Below are positions 53,104-62,121 of a stretch of 64,000 nt of DNA, piece after piece (within the stretch, counting starts at the first letter, position 1; the number at the start of each line of letters is the position of its first letter). The notes below the pieces were generated by a model, which saw only the letters and a program-made list of their open reading frames with translations, ran no database searches and was not told the origin of the DNA. Source of the DNA: Gammaproteobacteria bacterium (GTDB lineage Bacteria; Pseudomonadota; Gammaproteobacteria; UBA4575). Location: NCBI GenBank assembly GCA_965243395.1, contig CBDEUS010000001.1, positions 448,001-512,000 on the forward strand, written 5' to 3'. The translations under genes and the position numbers were made by a program.

Positions 53104-54615
53104 TCAACTATCTATCATCATTTCGCATTCGCGTAATTTGTTAGCCATGCTTGCTGCAGATTGAAAACGTTTGTCTGGGTCTTTTTCTAATGCTTTATTT
53201 ACAGTCCAGGCAATGCAGGAAGGTGTACCAGGATTAATTTCTGCAATATCTTTATGTTGTTCATGTGTGATAGAGCGCATTAACTCAGCCATAGTTTTAG
53301 GGCGGAACGGCGGTGAGCCTGTTAGCAAATGATATAAAGTTACCCCCAGTGAATAAAGGTCGGAGCGTGCGTCTAACCGATCACCTGCTAATTGTTCAGG
53401 AGACATATATAAAGGTGTTCCCAAAATTGATCCAGCTCGGGTTCTTGTTGAATCGGGAATCCTAGCTATTCCAAAGTCCGTAAGCTTAACGTAATCGTCG
53501 GTTTTGTTATATATGATATTTGCCGGTTTGATATCCCTGTGTATTAAATCTTGTTTATGGGAGTAAGCAAGTGCATCGGCGCATTGGGCGATAATTTTCA
53601 ATACTGTTTGAGGGTGAAGTAATTGATCAGCACGCGCATAGTTACGTAGATTTATGCCGTCTACATATTCCATGGCAATATAGGCATAGCCATCTGTTTC
53701 GCCACTGTCCAGTATTTTAACAATATTTGGATGGTTTAAATTACCCGCTGTTTCAATTTCTCGGTAAAAACGGAATTTGTACTCATCTAGATGATTTTCT
53801 TCTAATTCGTCTGAAAGGTTGAGTACCTTGATGGCTACAATTTGATCAGTAACGATATCTTTACCTTTAAATACAGCTCCAGTAGTTCCTTGACCAAGTA
53901 CACTGTCGACTTTATAGCGACTGCCATAAAGAGCAGGATATTCGCTTAATTCGCCACTTATACTGTCTTCATTTTCAATAGCATCATCTGATGTAACAAG
54001 TGTTTTCTCAGAAGCGAGTGCTTTTTCAATTATGGTCGACTGATAACCAGTAACTTGTGTATCAATAGGTGAAATATTTTCTTTGGTTTGAACTTCCGTT
54101 GTATCTATTGATTCTTCATCCTGTGTTTGAATTTCACTACTGAAAGATGCGATACGATTATTAATGTCTTTGAAGTTAGGTTCAAAATCTGCAATGTATA
54201 AAAATGCATTTTTAGCATTTTCAGGATCGCCTTTAATTTGAAAGTCAGTTGCTAAGTTATAAATTAAATTAGCGGTATCGTGATTTCTTGGACAAAGTTT
54301 AAATTTTTCAAAAGCAAGATTGAGTTGTCCCAAGCCTTGTAATTTAAGACCCACACTACGATTATTATTTCGTGACTGGAATCTATCTGCCGCTGTTATT
54401 GAGCGTTGTTTTTGATTAGAAGAAGCACCAAAGAAAGCCCAGCCAAGTGAAATAATCGAAATTAATGTGATAACGGTAACTTGAGTGATCCAGGCCGAAA
54501 CGCGCATATCCCAGAGTAATACTGTAAGGGCTATTAAACCGAATAGGCTTAATGCAAACCATTTATTATCGATTTTATTATCTCTTAACATAGATGCCTT
54601 GGTTATTTCCGCCAA
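53104..54615 (-). CDS. membrane-anchored Hanks-type Ser/Thr protein kinase
   Basis: Two TM helices, TPR-like segment, GQGTTG, VAIK, HRDIKPAN, DFG, GTPLYMSPE. Confidence 0.94.
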   Translation of the reverse strand: MAEITKASMLRDNKIDNKWFALSLFGLIALTVLLWDMRVSAWITQVTVITLISIISLGWAFFGASSNQKQRSITAADRFQSRNNNRSVGLKLQGLGQLNLAFEKFKLCPRNHDTANLIYNLATDFQIKGDPENAKNAFLYIADFEPNFKDINNRIASFSSEIQTQDEESIDTTEVQTKENISPIDTQVTGYQSTIIEKALASEKTLVTSDDAIENEDSISGELSEYPALYGSRYKVDSVLGQGTTGAVFKGKDIVTDQIVAIKVLNLSDELEENHLDEYKFRFYREIETAGNLNHPNIVKILDSGETDGYAYIAMEYVDGINLRNYARADQLLHPQTVLKIIAQCADALAYSHKQDLIHRDIKPANIIYNKTDDYVKLTDFGIARIPDSTRTRAGSILGTPLYMSPEQLAGDRLDARSDLYSLGVTLYHLLTGSPPFRPKTMAELMRSITHEQHKDIAEINPGTPSCIAWTVNKALEKDPDKRFQSAASMANKLRECEMMIDS

Positions 54616-54949
54616 GATGCTTAATCAACTCAGCGAGCCGTAAAAGATGGATAAATGACATCTGAACAACTTCATGTATAGGGCCTATTTGTTTCATGGC
54701 GTATGGCGACAATTCCAGGTCTTTCACCCAACCTAATTTAGAGGTGATATCCACAGCTGTAATATTGGTATTTCAAGGTTTCGGAGGATACTACAGACAT
54801 GCTCAATGCCACCATAAAAGCAGGCAAAAAGCGCGACGAGTTATCTAATTTTAGGGATGTATTGCCATTAAAATCAGTGGATTATGTAATGAATCAGGGA
54901 TTTTCTGAGCGTGAGGACCAACAGAGTAAATGCGGTGGGGATAATCTGA

Positions 54950-56380
54950 TTAGTCAATAAGAATAGTTTCGCCTGGATACAGTGGCTGGTCTGCACTGCG
55001 GCCATTGATTTCGTATAGGCGTTGAACCGTAGTGTTGTTGCGATTAGCGATTTTCCAAAAGCTGTCACCCATTGCTACAACATAAAAGTAGGGTTCTGTA
55101 ACTGAAGTTTTGTTTAATGCTGTATGAATATACTCGTGACTTTGTTTTGCAGAAGGTCGTTTAATTTTTGTTCCCGGCTCAGTCGGTACGAGTAGAGATC
55201 GACCCGCAACAATCGTGTTGCCAGTCAAATTATTGGCATCTCGTAATGCATTTATGCTTGTTCCATAACGACGTGCAATAGTACTTAAGGAATCGCCACG
55301 ATTCACTTTATGTATTGCTAATTCAGGTTGACTTTCTTCTGGCAGGCTTTGAATCGTTTGAGTTAATAACTTCGCATCTTCATTGGGTACAAGTAATTGG
55401 TAACCTGCATGAATTGGGATAGTAAGGTTTCGTAAGGCAGGGTTGAGAAGTTTTATTTCACTTTTACTCACATCTGCTTCACGAATTAATTTCGCAGGTG
55501 AAATTCGTTTAGTTAGCTGAATAGTTTCAATATACGAATTATCCGCGACAGGAAATAGCAACGTATTGTTCAACTTATTATCATTTACAATTGCACAAAG
55601 TGCTAAAAGTTTAGGCACGTATTCACGAGTTTCACGTGGTAAGTGTAAATCCCAATAACTATTTTCATCATACGTACTGTTTGAATGTTTGAGTGCACGT
55701 GCAACTCGTTGTGGTCCAGCGTTATAAGCTGCAAGTGCAAGCAGCCAATCTTTATCAAAACGTTTATACATTTGTTCTAGATAATCTAAAGCTGCCGATG
55801 TAGAAGCATAAACATCATGACGCCCGTCATAGCTATAGGTACGTTTAAGTCCCAATTCTTTTCCAGTCATAGACATGATTTGCCATAGACCTTCCGCTCT
55901 AGCACGTGAACGTGCTCGTGGGTAATAGCCACTTTCAACAATAGGTAATATCGCTAATTCAGCTGGCATTTGCCGTTTTTTAACTTCTGATAGAACGAAG
56001 TGTATAAATGGCTCAGAACGTTTAGTTACGCTAGATAAATATTCGCTTTCTTGTAGATATTTTTCTTTTCGTTTCGCAACACGTGGATGATCATAAAACT
56101 GTGTAAGTTCTAGATTCTCACTGATGTGCTCCCATATGAGGCGGTTCTTTGTTGTTTTGTTATTTGGGAAATGTTGAAATGAATCGCTTAACAGGGGGCT
56201 AATCAGATCAGGAGTTTCCGACGAATCGGAGGGTATAAATTTGTGACGATTCGATTTTTCTGTAAGTTCGGGATTTATGGGCGAATGCGTGCAGGCAGTG
56301 ATAAAAAAACCTAAGATCAGTACGGTGAAACCGTATTTAATACACAACCTCTCCTCCATGGCCGCGAAGGATAAATTCAC
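54950..56380 (-). CDS. mltD: membrane-bound lytic murein transglycosylase D (SLT + LysM); true start probably TTG 56347
   Basis: LPIVES catalytic Glu, GLWQIM, ALAAYNAG, ETREYVPK, two C-terminal LysM domains; lipobox ITAC. Confidence 0.9.
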   Translation of the reverse strand: MNLSFAAMEERLCIKYGFTVLILGFFITACTHSPINPELTEKSNRHKFIPSDSSETPDLISPLLSDSFQHFPNNKTTKNRLIWEHISENLELTQFYDHPRVAKRKEKYLQESEYLSSVTKRSEPFIHFVLSEVKKRQMPAELAILPIVESGYYPRARSRARAEGLWQIMSMTGKELGLKRTYSYDGRHDVYASTSAALDYLEQMYKRFDKDWLLALAAYNAGPQRVARALKHSNSTYDENSYWDLHLPRETREYVPKLLALCAIVNDNKLNNTLLFPVADNSYIETIQLTKRISPAKLIREADVSKSEIKLLNPALRNLTIPIHAGYQLLVPNEDAKLLTQTIQSLPEESQPELAIHKVNRGDSLSTIARRYGTSINALRDANNLTGNTIVAGRSLLVPTEPGTKIKRPSAKQSHEYIHTALNKTSVTEPYFYVVAMGDSFWKIANRNNTTVQRLYEINGRSADQPLYPGETILID

Positions 56381-56494
56381 CGCAAAAATAGATCAACAAT
56401 TAAATTTACATTGATCAATGAACTCAAGCTTGTAATCTTTATCTATTGTAGAAAGTTTGCATTACAAATTACTGTTTTAAGGTAGAATAAGATT

Positions 56495-57283
56495 ATGAAA
56501 GAATCTGCTTTGTTTAATTCTGCTAAATATGCACAACAATTGCAGGAATGGTATACAACACCAGCAGGACAAATTTTATACAGTGAATTATTAAATAAAT
56601 TAGAAAAATTACTGCCGAGTTTATTTGGCTATCACGCTTTACAAATTGGTGGTTTAACTGAAGAACTGGATTTAATTTCGAGTAGTGCAATTCAACAAAA
56701 AATATATATGACTTTAGACAGTACCCAAGGTACTGTTACCGCTTCTCCACTGGCTTTGCCTTTTCCGCAAGACACACTGGATCTAATTGTCTTGCCGCAT
56801 ACTTTAGATTTTTCACCAGAACCACACCAAGTCTTGCGTGAGATTCATCGGGTACTGATCTCTGAAGGTCATGTCGTTATGATAGGTTTTAATCCAATTA
56901 GCATGATGGGGGTGAGCAAATTGATTTTTACCCGTAGTCGACGCGCACCTTGGGTGGGTCATTTTTATACTGCTAAACGATTAAAAGACTGGCTTTCATT
57001 GCTAGATTTTAAAGTCATGGGCATTGAACATGTTGGTATGCGTCCACCTATTCAAAATTTACGCTTACAACAACGCATAAAGTTCATTTGCAAAGCTGAG
57101 AAAATTGGCTTGAGTCGCTTGGGAGGCATACAACTGTTTGTTGCGAAGAAGCGGGAGCTCACATTGACACCATTACCACAACCTTGGCGTACACGAAGAC
57201 GTATGATCCCTGTAAATGTAACGGAACCTACCGCGAGACAAAGCAAATATGGCAGTAGCACAACGCGTCGAAATTTTCACTGA
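56495..57283 (+). CDS. YafS-like class I SAM-dependent methyltransferase
   Basis: [12 protein letters not shown]...D...LPHTLDF, GFNP.S; precedes rnhA. Confidence 0.85.
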   Translation: MKESALFNSAKYAQQLQEWYTTPAGQILYSELLNKLEKLLPSLFGYHALQIGGLTEELDLISSSAIQQKIYMTLDSTQGTVTASPLALPFPQDTLDLIVLPHTLDFSPEPHQVLREIHRVLISEGHVVMIGFNPISMMGVSKLIFTRSRRAPWVGHFYTAKRLKDWLSLLDFKVMGIEHVGMRPPIQNLRLQQRIKFICKAEKIGLSRLGGIQLFVAKKRELTLTPLPQPWRTRRRMIPVNVTEPTARQSKYGSSTTRRNFH

Positions 57284-57695
57284 CGGTGCCTGCAGAGGAA
57301 ACCCTGGTCCTGGGGGATGGGGTGCAATTTTGCGTTACGGAAACAAAGAAACGTTATTGCAAGGTGCTGAAGAACATACAACAAATAACCGTATGGAGTT
57401 GCAAGCAGCTGTTTCCGCACTTGAGAAGCTCACGCGTCCCTGTGATGTAAACATCACAACGGATTCACGCTATATGATGGATGGAATACAGCAGTGGTTA
57501 GCCAATTGGAAACTTAATGGTTGGAAAACTTCAGCTAAAAAACCTGTTAAGAATGAAGACTTATGGAAACAATTAGATAAATTAGTTGAAAAACATAATG
57601 TGACATGGACTTGGGTCAAAGGGCATAGTGGGCATGTTGAAAATGAAAAAGTTGATCAATTAGCGAATGAAGCAATTGATAATTTGTTATTGTAG
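57249..57695 (+). CDS. rnhA: ribonuclease HI
   Basis: [22 protein letters not shown] and WVKGHSG motifs. Confidence 0.98.
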   Translation: MAVAQRVEIFTDGACRGNPGPGGWGAILRYGNKETLLQGAEEHTTNNRMELQAAVSALEKLTRPCDVNITTDSRYMMDGIQQWLANWKLNGWKTSAKKPVKNEDLWKQLDKLVEKHNVTWTWVKGHSGHVENEKVDQLANEAIDNLLL

Positions 57696-57734
57696 GCAAA
57701 ATAAGTAAATCGAATTTAAATCAGGAAAAATTTA

Positions 57735-58451
57735 ATGCGCCAAGTAGTGCTTGATACAGAAACAACCGGTCTTGAAGTGTCACAAGGACACCGAATAATT
57801 GAAATTGGATGTGTTGAAGTTTTACATAGACGCACCACTGATCAAATTTATCATCAATTTCTTAATCCAGAACGTGAAATTGATGCGGGAGCTGAAGAAG
57901 TGCACGGGATCACCACACAATTTCTTGCAGATAAACCAAAATTTCACGATATTGCTACTGACTTTATTGGGTTTATTACTGATGCAGAGGTAATAATTCA
58001 CAATGCGAGTTTTGATGTTGGATTTATTAATCATGAATTAGAACGAGCTGGTTATAGCATTACGGATATTAATCAGTGCTGCAAAGTAATTGATTCACTC
58101 GATCTCGCGAGAAAGATGCATCCAGGGCAAAAAAATAGCCTAGATGCTTTATGTAAGCGATATGAAATCGATAATTCACATCGTGAGTTGCACGGAGCAT
58201 TACTTGATGCTCAGATTCTTGCAGATGTGTATTTAGCTTTGACGGGTGGTCAAGCTACTTTGAGTTTGGCTGGTAAAGCAGATAGTTTAGAGAAAAGTAG
58301 GAAGGCAAATACTGCCCTAGATGCAGATAGAAAGGCATTGAAGGTGGTTTATGCGGATCAGGATGAATTGCAAGCACATGAGGCTTTTTTGAACAAAATT
58401 CAGCAGGAAAGTGACTCTGGTTGTCTATGGTTGAGCAAAAAAACTGAATAG
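57735..58451 (+). CDS. dnaQ: DNA polymerase III epsilon subunit
   Basis: LDTETTG, HNASFD and HGALLDA DEDDh motifs. Confidence 0.97.
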   Translation: MRQVVLDTETTGLEVSQGHRIIEIGCVEVLHRRTTDQIYHQFLNPEREIDAGAEEVHGITTQFLADKPKFHDIATDFIGFITDAEVIIHNASFDVGFINHELERAGYSITDINQCCKVIDSLDLARKMHPGQKNSLDALCKRYEIDNSHRELHGALLDAQILADVYLALTGGQATLSLAGKADSLEKSRKANTALDADRKALKVVYADQDELQAHEAFLNKIQQESDSGCLWLSKKTE

Positions 58452-58567
58452 CTTTGTTACTTATATGCCTTAATGGTTGCCGAGTTGATGGAATTTCGTT
58501 ACATTTTGATCTTACTTTTAACCCAGCTTTAGCGCGAGGGGACTGCGCCTAATTGTGGAGATTATTC

Positions 58568-58792
58568 ATGTTATATAAGCTTCTTATTTGCGTTTTTTTT
58601 GCCTCAACACTATTGATATCAGGTTGTGGTGATGATGGTGGTGCAGCAGGTGGTAAGTGGGTCGGTGAAGTATATGACACCCCTAACTCAACAACGTCTA
58701 AAGAAATCGGTGAATTTGGGTCTTATGATGAATGTGTCGCCGCTACACAAAAAGAAGCAAAAATTGGCGTTTTTAATTGCGGGGTAAAATAG
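58568..58792 (+). CDS. small hypothetical lipoprotein
   Basis: GGAG SD, signal peptide with ISGC lipobox, two further Cys. Confidence 0.7.
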   Translation: MLYKLLICVFFASTLLISGCGDDGGAAGGKWVGEVYDTPNSTTSKEIGEFGSYDECVAATQKEAKIGVFNCGVK

Positions 58793-58877
58793 TTTCAAAT
58801 AAAGCCAGGTAATTTAATTTTTATCTTGGACTCTCGACGAACTAGATAAGTATATTCAAAGCTGAAAGTGCACAGTA

Positions 58878-59351
58878 CTATCTATTTTGTTTTAGAATTC
58901 TCTGCTTATCGCGTTGCCAATCCCGTTCTTTAATGCTGGCGCGTTTGTCTTGTTTTTGTTTACCTTTAGCAAGCCCGATTTCAAGTTTCGCTTTACCTTT
59001 TTTCCAATACATTGACAAAGGAACAAGTGTGAAACCTTTTCGCTCAACAGCTCCTATTAATCTGGCTAGTTCAGTCTTATGTAATAAGAGCTTGCGAGTT
59101 CGTGTAGGGTCAGTTGATTTATGTGTAGAGGCAGAGGGTAAAGGACTAATATGTGCGCCTAATAACCAAGCTTCCATGTTTTTGACTAAGACATAGCTTT
59201 CTTTAAGTTGTACACTTTTTGAGCGTAAACTTTTGACTTCCCAACCTTCTAAAACAATACCGCACTCAATTTTTTCCTCGATAAAATAATCATGTCGAGC
59301 TTTTTTATTAACGGCGATAATGTTATCTGTTTTATGCTTAGGCTTAGCCAT
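58878..59351 (-). CDS. smpB: SsrA-binding protein
   Basis: [24 protein letters not shown] and DKR motifs. Confidence 0.98.
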   Translation of the reverse strand: MAKPKHKTDNIIAVNKKARHDYFIEEKIECGIVLEGWEVKSLRSKSVQLKESYVLVKNMEAWLLGAHISPLPSASTHKSTDPTRTRKLLLHKTELARLIGAVERKGFTLVPLSMYWKKGKAKLEIGLAKGKQKQDKRASIKERDWQRDKQRILKQNR

Positions 59352-59457
59352 GTCTGTATTATCGTGTATTTGTTCAAAGCATTCGATAATAATTAATAGA
59401 TGTCAACGATTTACGATAAGAAGTTAAAACTTTTTAGATGAGCAAATTTAAATAAAT

Positions 59458-60855
59458 ATGGCAACAGTCAGAACTTCTATACACGGTTATTGGTCATCTC
59501 GATTTGCATTTGTCCTTGCAGCTGCAGGGTCAGCTGTAGGTTTGGGTAATATTTGGAAGTTTCCCTATATGGCTGGTGAAAATGGTGGTGGGGCATTTGT
59601 ATTAATTTATCTAATAAGCATTGCCTTGTTTGGTATTCCAGTCATGATGTCAGAGGTGTTACTTGGTAGACGTGGAAGAAGTAGCCCGATTCACACCATG
59701 TCAATTTTGGCAAATGACGAAGGACGAAGTAGGGCTTGGCAACTTCTTGGGTTGATGGGTGTACTTGCGGGATTTTTAATTCTTTCTTATTACAGTGTAA
59801 TAGCAGGTTGGGCACTTTCTTATGTAGTGGATACTGCAAGTGGCACTTTTTCAGGCGCTACAGCCGAACAAGCAGGAGAAGTATTTAATAATTTAGTTTC
59901 TAATCCTCAGCGATTACTTTTTTGGCACACCTTGTTCATTGTGTTAACAATGTTTGTTGTTGTAAGAGGAGTAAGTAAAGGTTTAGAGAGTGCCGTGCGG
60001 ATTTTAATGCCGGCCTTATTTTTGTTGATCATAATTATGATTGGCTATGCAATTATGCATGGTGATTTTTTTGCTGGGTTAAAGTTTTTATTTGAACCTG
60101 ATTTTAGCAAGCTAAGCCCTGAAATGGTTTTAAAAGCAATGGGACAAGCCTTTTTCAGCTTAAGTTTAGGAATGGGTGCGATCATGATGTACGGTTCCTA
60201 TCTGCCAGAAGATGCATCTATAGCTACCACAAGTTTTCAAGTTGCATTTGCTGATACCTTAGTTGCAATTTTAGCTGGACTTGCCATTTTTCCTATCGTT
60301 TTTGCTAACGGCTTGGAAGCTGGACAAGGGCCAGGATTAATTTTTAATACATTACCCATTGCATTTGGCCAAATGACAGGTGGGTTGCTTTTTGGCACGA
60401 TATTTTTCGTATTACTTGTATTTGCAGCGTGGACTTCAGCAATTTCGTTGATTGAACCAGCAGTTGCTTGGCTAATTGAAAAATTTTCTATTTCTCGTTT
60501 AGTTTCTTCAATTATTTGTGGTTTCGTCACATGGTTCGTTGGGTTAGGTACCGTTTACTCATTCAATAATTGGAAAAAAATAGAAGTATTCAATGGAACT
60601 TTCCTGGAAGGAAAATCATTTTTTGATTTATTGGATTATTTAACTTCCAATATTATGTTGCCGTTGGGTGGCATATTGATTTGTATTTTTGCTGCCTGGT
60701 TGATGACTGAAAAATCTCGGCACGATGAACTAAAAATTAAGCACGAAGGTGCATATAAACTTTGGCGCTTCTTGGCTCGATACGTTACCCCGATTGGTGT
60801 CATATTTATCTTTTTACATGTGTTGGGTCTTTTAGAAAAACTTAACCTAACTTAG
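59458..60855 (+). CDS. sodium-dependent transporter (NSS family)
   Basis: GSAVGLGNIWKFPY, GGGAF and QAFFSLSLG motifs. Confidence 0.95.
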   Translation: MATVRTSIHGYWSSRFAFVLAAAGSAVGLGNIWKFPYMAGENGGGAFVLIYLISIALFGIPVMMSEVLLGRRGRSSPIHTMSILANDEGRSRAWQLLGLMGVLAGFLILSYYSVIAGWALSYVVDTASGTFSGATAEQAGEVFNNLVSNPQRLLFWHTLFIVLTMFVVVRGVSKGLESAVRILMPALFLLIIIMIGYAIMHGDFFAGLKFLFEPDFSKLSPEMVLKAMGQAFFSLSLGMGAIMMYGSYLPEDASIATTSFQVAFADTLVAILAGLAIFPIVFANGLEAGQGPGLIFNTLPIAFGQMTGGLLFGTIFFVLLVFAAWTSAISLIEPAVAWLIEKFSISRLVSSIICGFVTWFVGLGTVYSFNNWKKIEVFNGTFLEGKSFFDLLDYLTSNIMLPLGGILICIFAAWLMTEKSRHDELKIKHEGAYKLWRFLARYVTPIGVIFIFLHVLGLLEKLNLT

Positions 60856-60862
60856 TTGTTCA

Positions 60863-61294
60863 ATGACTCATATACAGCGCAGTGCCTTGCTGCCCTATAG
60901 TGCGGCACAAATGTTCCAATTGGTGAATGATATTGACTCTTATCCCGAGTTCGTGCCTTGGTGTGTGCAATGCTCGGTTCACAAAGAAAGTGAAAATGAA
61001 AAAGAAGCGACAATGAGCTTTGCTAAGCGAGGGATCAGTGCTTCGGTTACTACCTGTAATGAGTTGCAAGAAAATAAGCAAATCATAATGCGCTTAGTCA
61101 AAGGACCATTTAAAGATTTAGTAGGTACTTGGAATTTTCAAGATCTGGATGGAACTTCATGCAAGGTAGAATTAGATATGAAATTTTCCTTTTCAAATCG
61201 ACTTTATTCTGTAACGTTTGGCCCTATATTTAATCAAGTAGCTAATAAATTAGTAACTGCATTTACAGAAAGAGCTCAACAAATCTATGGCTAA
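60863..61294 (+). CDS. ratA: RatA/PasT (Coq10-like START domain)
   Basis: YSAAQMFQLVNDI.SYPEFVPWC and GPFK.L.G.W.F. Confidence 0.92.
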   Translation: MTHIQRSALLPYSAAQMFQLVNDIDSYPEFVPWCVQCSVHKESENEKEATMSFAKRGISASVTTCNELQENKQIIMRLVKGPFKDLVGTWNFQDLDGTSCKVELDMKFSFSNRLYSVTFGPIFNQVANKLVTAFTERAQQIYG

Positions 61295-61577
61295 TGTAGG
61301 TAAGATTAATATTTGGGTGAGTTACGCCTTAGCTGATAAACAAGATCTTATTGCAATTCAAATTCCTGAAAACAGCACTGTTAAGCAAGCCATAGAAATG
61401 TCTGGCTTTTTGCAGAAATATGAACAAATAGATCTTTCTAAAAGCTCATTTGGTATTTATGGAAAAGCCGTACCGCTCGATCAAACGTTAAATAATGAAG
61501 ATAGAGTAGAAATTTACAGACCATTGATAACGGACCCGATGCAAGCCCGGCGTAAACGTGCAAATTTACAAAAATAA
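61287..61577 (+). CDS. ratB: RatB/RnfH ubiquitin-like protein
   Basis: GIYGK and DRVEIYRPL..DP..ARR.RA. Confidence 0.9.
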   Translation: MANVGKINIWVSYALADKQDLIAIQIPENSTVKQAIEMSGFLQKYEQIDLSKSSFGIYGKAVPLDQTLNNEDRVEIYRPLITDPMQARRKRANLQK

Positions 61578-61637
61578 GTTTAAAAGCTATTGGTTATCAA
61601 TATAACTTGTTAAAAATTATTAAAAATGAATAAATCG

Positions 61638-62120
61638 TTATTGTTGTTCAGGATTCTTGTTCGTATCTAATGCTTCCTTTAAAGTTTCTGCTTGTTCTTC
61701 TACTTCTTCCAGTTCTTTTTTCTCTTTTTCGCTAAGATTATCTTCCTCTTTTTCTTCTTTATCATTATTTTCTTCTGTTCTGGCAATATCATCTTCTACG
61801 ATATTGTGTTTAACAATATCAATCACTTCGTCGCGATCAAAAGTAAGCGTGAGTTGGCGGCGTTGTTGATCTCCATAACCTGGTGTGAATAAATAGATAT
61901 AATCCCAGCGATCGGGATGAAAGCTATCCGTAATTAAAGGGCTGCCTAAAACGTATCTTACTTGTTCCTTGTTCATCCCAAGCGTTATTTTTTCAACCAT
62001 TTCCGCGTCTAACGCATTACCTTGTTGTACATCAATTTTATGAACCGTGAGCAAGCGGCTTCCACAAGCAGATACGCATGCTAAGCAAATGATATAAACT
62101 GTGATTTTTAAATAATTCAT
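61638..62120 (-). CDS. bamE: outer membrane protein assembly factor BamE with acidic C-terminal extension
   Basis: Lipobox VSAC, IDVQQGN, GM.KEQVRYVLGSP, RWDY; ATG 62120 just after the recN stop. Confidence 0.93.
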   Translation of the reverse strand: MNYLKITVYIICLACVSACGSRLLTVHKIDVQQGNALDAEMVEKITLGMNKEQVRYVLGSPLITDSFHPDRWDYIYLFTPGYGDQQRRQLTLTFDRDEVIDIVKHNIVEDDIARTEENNDKEEKEEDNLSEKEKKELEEVEEQAETLKEALDTNKNPEQQ

Positions 62121-62121
62121 C

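Noticed and set aside
51402-54615. Type VI secretion regulatory locus (PpkA/PppA/Fha)
   Set aside because: No tss, hcp or vgrG genes in the window.
56381-56494. GATCAA-N14-TTGATC inverted repeat and absence of gloB between mltD and the methyltransferase
   Set aside because: The repeat is short and could arise by chance in AT-rich DNA; gloB relocation is unremarkable.
60863-61577. RatAB as a novel toxin-antitoxin or defence system
   Set aside because: A conserved housekeeping locus beside smpB and bamE; RatA is Coq10-like.
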